Positions 59,245 through 64,000 of a stretch of DNA of 64,000 bases are shown here, one piece after another. Each line of letters starts with the position of its first letter. Position 1 is the stretch's first letter. This DNA is from an uncultured delta proteobacterium (lineage in GTDB: Bacteria; Desulfobacterota; Binatia; Binatales; Binataceae), in NCBI GenBank assembly GCA_963842085.1, contig CAWJET010000001.1, positions 2,848,001-2,912,000 on the forward strand. The letters run 5' to 3'. The notes below the pieces were generated by a model, which saw nothing but the letters and a program-made list of their open reading frames with translations, did no database searches and was not told the DNA's origin. A program made the position numbers and the translations under genes.

Positions 59245-59937
59245 TTGGCATCGCGCGAATTCAAGGCGGTCTTTTTCGATCTCGACGGCACGCTGGTCGA
59301 TATCCACGGGCCGTTGTACATCGCCGCGAAGAACGCGCTCGACGAGCTCGGCCATGATCCGCCACTCACCCACGAGCGGTTTCGCGAAGCGCTTTCCGCC
59401 GACGACGTGTGGCTCGGAGTGCCGGAGCATCTGCGGCCTGAGTACGCGAAGCTCGCGTACGCATACTTCCTGGCCGAGATCGACAAAACCGAGCGGCTCG
59501 AGGTGCTGCCGCACGTGCAGGATACGCTGGCCGAACTGAAGCGGCGCGGCTATGCGACCGGCGTCATCACGAGCCGCCCGGGTGATTCGCAGCGGCTGGT
59601 CGAGAAGCTCGCGATGGTCGGGCTTGCGTCGTATCTGGACCAGGTCGTCACGCAAACGACGACCTCGCTGCGCGCGCTCGACAAGACGGAGAGCCTCAAG
59701 CAGACGGCGCTCAAGGCAGCGGTACTTCCGCACGCGTGTATGTACGTTGGCGACGAGCCGCGCGACGTCATGGCGGCGCTCGCGGCGGGCTACGGCGCGT
59801 CGGTCGCAGTGGCCACCGGCGCGGCGTCGTTCAAATATTTGCAGACGCATCCGCAATTCAAACCCGACTACGTAATCCGCTCGATGGCGGAGTTGATCGA
59901 CCTGATCGACAACATGAAGACGGAACGGATCGAGTAG
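59245..59937 (+). CDS. HAD-superfamily hydrolase
   Basis: FDLDGTL, ITS, YVGD...D; TTGACA at 59187 upstream. Confidence 0.9.
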   Translation: MASREFKAVFFDLDGTLVDIHGPLYIAAKNALDELGHDPPLTHERFREALSADDVWLGVPEHLRPEYAKLAYAYFLAEIDKTERLEVLPHVQDTLAELKRRGYATGVITSRPGDSQRLVEKLAMVGLASYLDQVVTQTTTSLRALDKTESLKQTALKAAVLPHACMYVGDEPRDVMAALAAGYGASVAVATGAASFKYLQTHPQFKPDYVIRSMAELIDLIDNMKTERIE

Positions 59938-59939
59938 CG

Positions 59940-62411
59940 ATGGCGCGCTTCGAGGATTGCCAGCAACCGCCGCGCGCGCTCGAAGGCTTGAAGGTTGTCG
60001 AGTTGCCGTGTCTCGACACGATGCCGTTCATGGCGGCGACGATGGTGGCGAAGTCGTTCGCGGATTTCGGCGCCGAGGTGGTCAAGGTCGAGCCGCCGCG
60101 AACGGGAGCGCAGGAGCGCGCGCTCGGCCCGTTTCGCGACGAGCTGCCCGACCCCGAAACCGGCGGGCTGCATCTTTTTCTCAACACCAACAAGCTCGGG
60201 GTTACGATCGACCTGGAGAATCCGCGCGAGCGCGAGCTCGTGTTCAATTTGCTGGCATCCGCCGACATTGTGTTCAATCCGAATCGTCCGGAAGTGAACG
60301 AAAAGCTTGGGCTCGACTGGCGCACGCTGACGGCGCGATTTCCGAAGCTGATCGTCGTGTCGATAACTTTTTTTGGCGCCGAGACGGAATACCGGAACCT
60401 GCGCGGCGGAGACCTGGTCGCCACGCACATGAGCGGCGTCGGCTACGAAACGCCGTGGCATCAGGTGACCGATCCCGAGAATCAGCCGCCGCTGAAGCTC
60501 GGCGGCAGGCAGTCTGACTATTTGACTGGCTATACAGCGGCGGCCGCCGCGATGTGTGCACTGTATAGTCGAAAGAGTAATGGCGCGGGGCAGCATGTCG
60601 ATGTCGGACAGTGGCCCTCGATGATCAGCATGATTCGCCCCAACCTCGGCTTTTACTCGCACGAGGCGCCCGATTCCGCCTCGTTCCAGCGGCTCTTCAC
60701 CCGCCTCAAAAAGGCCGCGCAGTGGGTTTATCCGTGCAAGGACGGATGGGTGAGCTTCAGCGCCGGCACCGATCGCTTCTGGCGCGGCGCGAAGAACGCG
60801 ATGGGGCATCCGGAGTGGATGGACAGCGAGCTGTTCGACACGATTTTTGGACGCGCTGCGAATATCGACGCGATCGAGGCCGGAGTAATCGACTGGCTAT
60901 CTACCCAGACGCGAACCGAGGCGTTCGAGAAGGCGCAGGCGCAGCACGTGCCGTGCTTCCCGGTGCATTCGCCGGCCGAAGTCGCGGGCAACGAGCAATA
61001 CAAGGCGCGCAAGTTTTTTGTCGACCTGGACCATCCCGCGGCCCGCGACGTTCGGATGCCTGGCGCGCCGTGCAAGTTCACGCGGACGCCGTGGCGAATC
61101 GTGCGCGGAGCGCCGCGGCTCGGTGAGCACAATCAAAAGGTACTTCAGAAGCGGACGGTCGCAGGCGAAACTCGCAGCGAACGCCGCGGCGGAGATCGTG
61201 CGAGGGGAACCCGTCCGCTGCAAGGAATTCGAGTCGCGGATTTCGGATGGATCTACGCGGTTCCGCACGCGACCGCATGGCTGGGCGCTCTGGGAGCCGA
61301 CGTAATCAGGATCGAGAGCTCGGGCGCGCCCGACCTGGTGCGGTTTCTGACCGGCACCGACGGGTCGATCGGCGCCAACCGCAGCGGAGTTTTCCATGCG
61401 ATCAATTCGTCGCGCCGCAGTCTCGCGCTGAACCTGGCGATGCCCGAGGCGCAGGAAATCGCGCGCAAGATTATCCGACAGAGTGATTTTGTCACCGAGA
61501 ATTTCACGGTCGGCAACATGGCGAAGTACGGTCTCGGCTATGACGATCTCATCAAGATCAAACCCGACATCATCATGTTAAGCGGTACGCCGCTGGGACA
61601 GGACGGTCCGCTCGCGCGAACCGTGGGCTTCGGACCGACGACGCAGGCCTTTGCCGGACTGTGCCATATCACCGGCTATCCCGATTCGTTTCCGTGCGGG
61701 ATCGGCGGCACCTGGCCGGACTTCGCGGTCGGCACCGGCATGGTGTTCTTTCTGCTCGCGGCGCTGCACTATCGCGACCGGACAGGACAGGGGCAGTATC
61801 TCGACCTGTCGATGTCCGAGATGGTTACGACGATGATGCCCGAAGCGATGATGGATTTCCTGATGAACGGGCGCGACCTGGCGGGAATCGGGAATCGTGA
61901 CGAGTCGATGGCGCCGCATGGCGTGTTCCCGGCGGCGGGCGACGACCAGTGGATCGCGATTGCGATTGCCACCGACGACGAATTCGCAAAGCTGTGCGAG
62001 GCGCTCGGCCTGACTTCGATGGCGTCCGACCCGAAGTTCGCGCGATTGTACGGCCGCCTGGCGAATGTCGAGGAGCTCGAGCGCGAAGTCGCGGCGCGCA
62101 CGCGGGTCTATCCGCGCGACGAACTGGTTACGAAGCTTCGCGCGCGCGGTCTCGCCGCGGGTCCGGTCTACAACACTCCCGAATTGATGAAGGACCCCGT
62201 CTTCTCCGAGTCGAGCATGCTGGTGAAGTTGAAGCATGGCGAAGTCGGCGAGCGTGTCGTGCCGGGGCTTCCAGTGCAGTTCGGAGCGATCGCTCTCGAA
62301 TATCGCGGCGCGCCGATGATAGGCGAGCATACCGATGAAGTGATGAGCGAGTTGCTCGGGTACAGCGCGGAAGAAATCGCGCGGCTGAAACAAGCAAACG
62401 TTTTGAGTTAG
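59940..62411 (+). CDS. Tandem two-domain CoA-transferase family III
   Basis: Two CaiB units (FADFGAEVVKVE; LGALGADVIRIE), each with an Asp at the catalytic position. Confidence 0.92.
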   Translation: MARFEDCQQPPRALEGLKVVELPCLDTMPFMAATMVAKSFADFGAEVVKVEPPRTGAQERALGPFRDELPDPETGGLHLFLNTNKLGVTIDLENPRERELVFNLLASADIVFNPNRPEVNEKLGLDWRTLTARFPKLIVVSITFFGAETEYRNLRGGDLVATHMSGVGYETPWHQVTDPENQPPLKLGGRQSDYLTGYTAAAAAMCALYSRKSNGAGQHVDVGQWPSMISMIRPNLGFYSHEAPDSASFQRLFTRLKKAAQWVYPCKDGWVSFSAGTDRFWRGAKNAMGHPEWMDSELFDTIFGRAANIDAIEAGVIDWLSTQTRTEAFEKAQAQHVPCFPVHSPAEVAGNEQYKARKFFVDLDHPAARDVRMPGAPCKFTRTPWRIVRGAPRLGEHNQKVLQKRTVAGETRSERRGGDRARGTRPLQGIRVADFGWIYAVPHATAWLGALGADVIRIESSGAPDLVRFLTGTDGSIGANRSGVFHAINSSRRSLALNLAMPEAQEIARKIIRQSDFVTENFTVGNMAKYGLGYDDLIKIKPDIIMLSGTPLGQDGPLARTVGFGPTTQAFAGLCHITGYPDSFPCGIGGTWPDFAVGTGMVFFLLAALHYRDRTGQGQYLDLSMSEMVTTMMPEAMMDFLMNGRDLAGIGNRDESMAPHGVFPAAGDDQWIAIAIATDDEFAKLCEALGLTSMASDPKFARLYGRLANVEELEREVAARTRVYPRDELVTKLRARGLAAGPVYNTPELMKDPVFSESSMLVKLKHGEVGERVVPGLPVQFGAIALEYRGAPMIGEHTDEVMSELLGYSAEEIARLKQANVLS

Positions 62412-62440
62412 GCAGGAGGCGGCAAGACAGGGGATATTGG

Positions 62441-62472
62441 ACCCCCGGCCCCTTCCGCGAGGGAAGGCGAAC
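62441..62472 (+). repeat. REP-like hairpin / possible terminator
   Basis: CCCCTTCC-gcgag-GGAAGGCGAAC between convergent genes. Confidence 0.45.
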
Positions 62473-62490
62473 AATCGCGCCCGCCGGCGA

Positions 62491-64000
62491 TTACGGCGAG
62501 ATGGCCGGGGTGACGCCGGTCCTTGAAGCGCCGAGCGCGCTCGACGAGTCCGCCAATCCGCTGCCGCCCGTTGCAGGTCCCGCCGAGACTTTGCCGGCGC
62601 CGGGATCGAGCGGCGTTACGGCGCCGCTGCCCGCCGCAGGCCCGGGCGTGACGAAGTGACCTGATGACGCCGAGTATGAGGGAGCGCTGGCCGCAGTCGT
62701 GGACGGCGCCGTCGAGTTCATCGAGGTTGGCCCGATCTCGGTGGTATTGAACGGCGTCTCGCCGCTGCTGGACGGTATGGACTCGGTCGCGCCCGGATTT
62801 TCGGGTCCCGGAGGCGCGGCCGGGCCGCCGTAGGGTGCGTTCAGGTCGGCCGCGGGCGAGACAGGAATCGAGAAGCTCGGCTTGTAGATCTCGCGAATTT
62901 GCGAGACCGGCATATCGTGGATTTCCTTGCGCCCGAGCGAATTGACGAACTTCTGGCGTTCGTCCAGGGCAAGGTCGCGCAGCTCGCTCTTGTTGCGAAC
63001 GATATGCGGCGTCAGGAAGACGATCAGGTTGTCCTTCTGCTTGTCGCTCGACTTGCTGCTGAACAGGTTGCCGATTACCGGGATGTCGGAGACGAACGGT
63101 ACGCCCTGATTCGAGATCTGATCCTGGCTGGCGAGCAGGCCGCCGATTACCGCGGTGCGATGGTTCTGGATCAGCACGCTGGTCGAGGCGGACCGGATCG
63201 TCGTCGTAGGGCCGAGCGTCGCGTTCTGGGTGCCGTTGACCACGTTGGAAACTTCCTCATAGAGGTCGAGTTTCACGTAGTCGCCCTCGGAGACCTGGGG
63301 CACGATATCGAGCGTGATGCCGACGTTCTGGCGCTCGACCGAGTTGAAGATTTGCCCGGGCAAGCCGGCGTTGGCCGCAGCGGAGCCGACGAAGGGCAGG
63401 TTCTGGCCGACGACGATCATCGCTTCTTCATTGTCGGCGGTGAGCAGGGTCGGTGCTGAGAGCACGTTGGCGTGAGTGTCGGTTTCAAGCGCCATGATGA
63501 GCGCGACATCGCAGGGCACGCTCAAGTTGGTGCTGGTGCTGGTGGTCGTGCCAGTGGCGGCGCCAGCCGCAGCCAGGGCCGCAGAAGAGATGGTACACGT
63601 GCTTTTCGAGGCGAGACCGAGGCCCAGGCCGGTCAATCCGAGCGGGTCGCTGAGCGTACTTTCAAGCTGTCCGAAGTTAAGCGAGCCGACGCCGAGCGTG
63701 CTGCCGCTGATACTCGTGGAGGCATTGAAATTGACGCCCAACTCGCGCTGGCGCTCGGCGGAGACCTCGACGATGACGGCCTGGACGAAGATCTGGACCC
63801 GCGGAGTATCGAGGTCGTCGATAATCTGCTTGAGGGTCTGCCAATCCTGCGGTGACGCGCTGATAACCATCGCGTTGGTCGCGGGATCGGCGGTGATATT
63901 TACCGGGTAGGAGAAATCGATGTTCTTGCCGGCCGAGCTGGCTGACGCCGGACCGGTGTTGGACGAGCTGCGACTGATCATCCCGCTGCCGCCGCCGAAG
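62491..64000 (-). CDS. gspD: Type II secretion secretin, C-terminal part (5' end outside window)
   Basis: ADPATNA, LD.PR.QIFVQAVIVEV, SAP.LLT.DNEEA, DIPVIGNLF, LIVFLTPHIV. Confidence 0.92.
   Translation of the reverse strand, partial: FGGGSGMISRSSSNTGPASASSAGKNIDFSYPVNITADPATNAMVISASPQDWQTLKQIIDDLDTPRVQIFVQAVIVEVSAERQRELGVNFNASTSISGSTLGVGSLNFGQLESTLSDPLGLTGLGLGLASKSTCTISSAALAAAGAATGTTTSTSTNLSVPCDVALIMALETDTHANVLSAPTLLTADNEEAMIVVGQNLPFVGSAAANAGLPGQIFNSVERQNVGITLDIVPQVSEGDYVKLDLYEEVSNVVNGTQNATLGPTTTIRSASTSVLIQNHRTAVIGGLLASQDQISNQGVPFVSDIPVIGNLFSSKSSDKQKDNLIVFLTPHIVRNKSELRDLALDERQKFVNSLGRKEIHDMPVSQIREIYKPSFSIPVSPAADLNAPYGGPAAPPGPENPGATESIPSSSGETPFNTTEIGPTSMNSTAPSTTAASAPSYSASSGHFVTPGPAAGSGAVTPLDPGAGKVSAGPATGGSGLADSSSALGASRTGVTPAISP

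Overview
High-GC bacterial chromosomal window with about 60 densely packed genes and one tRNA-Leu(CAA). The gene repertoire (many class III CoA-transferases, a zinc-ribbon/cyclase/AAA/TPR gene, the maf-yggS-proC-yggT-yggU cluster) suggests a Deltaproteobacteria-related lineage such as Ca. Binatota, but that is inference only. Most of the content is metabolic or housekeeping: partial P450, serine hydrolase, glgX, boxC-boxB, RND efflux with a two-component system, an SBP56/methanethiol-oxidase-family gene, thiI, hydantoinase A/B, a lytic transglycosylase and partial gspD. I found no CRISPR array, transposase, integrase or phage gene. Five signals stand out. (1) A STAND-like nucleotide cyclase gene is split by an internal ~132-bp inversion plus a probable deletion. 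(2) A ~0.76-kb cassette is flanked by a diverged duplicate of the 3' end of a CYTH gene. (3) An SBP56 gene is translationally coupled to a His-rich membrane protein and heads a co-directional run through a two-component system and RND pump. (4) A ZntR-type 20-bp-spacer promoter drives a MerR regulator and a glutaredoxin instead of a metal pump. (5) boxBC lacks boxA, an ImmA/IrrE-like protease has no partner, and there are dispersed hairpin repeats. All calls are by eye; no database search was run.
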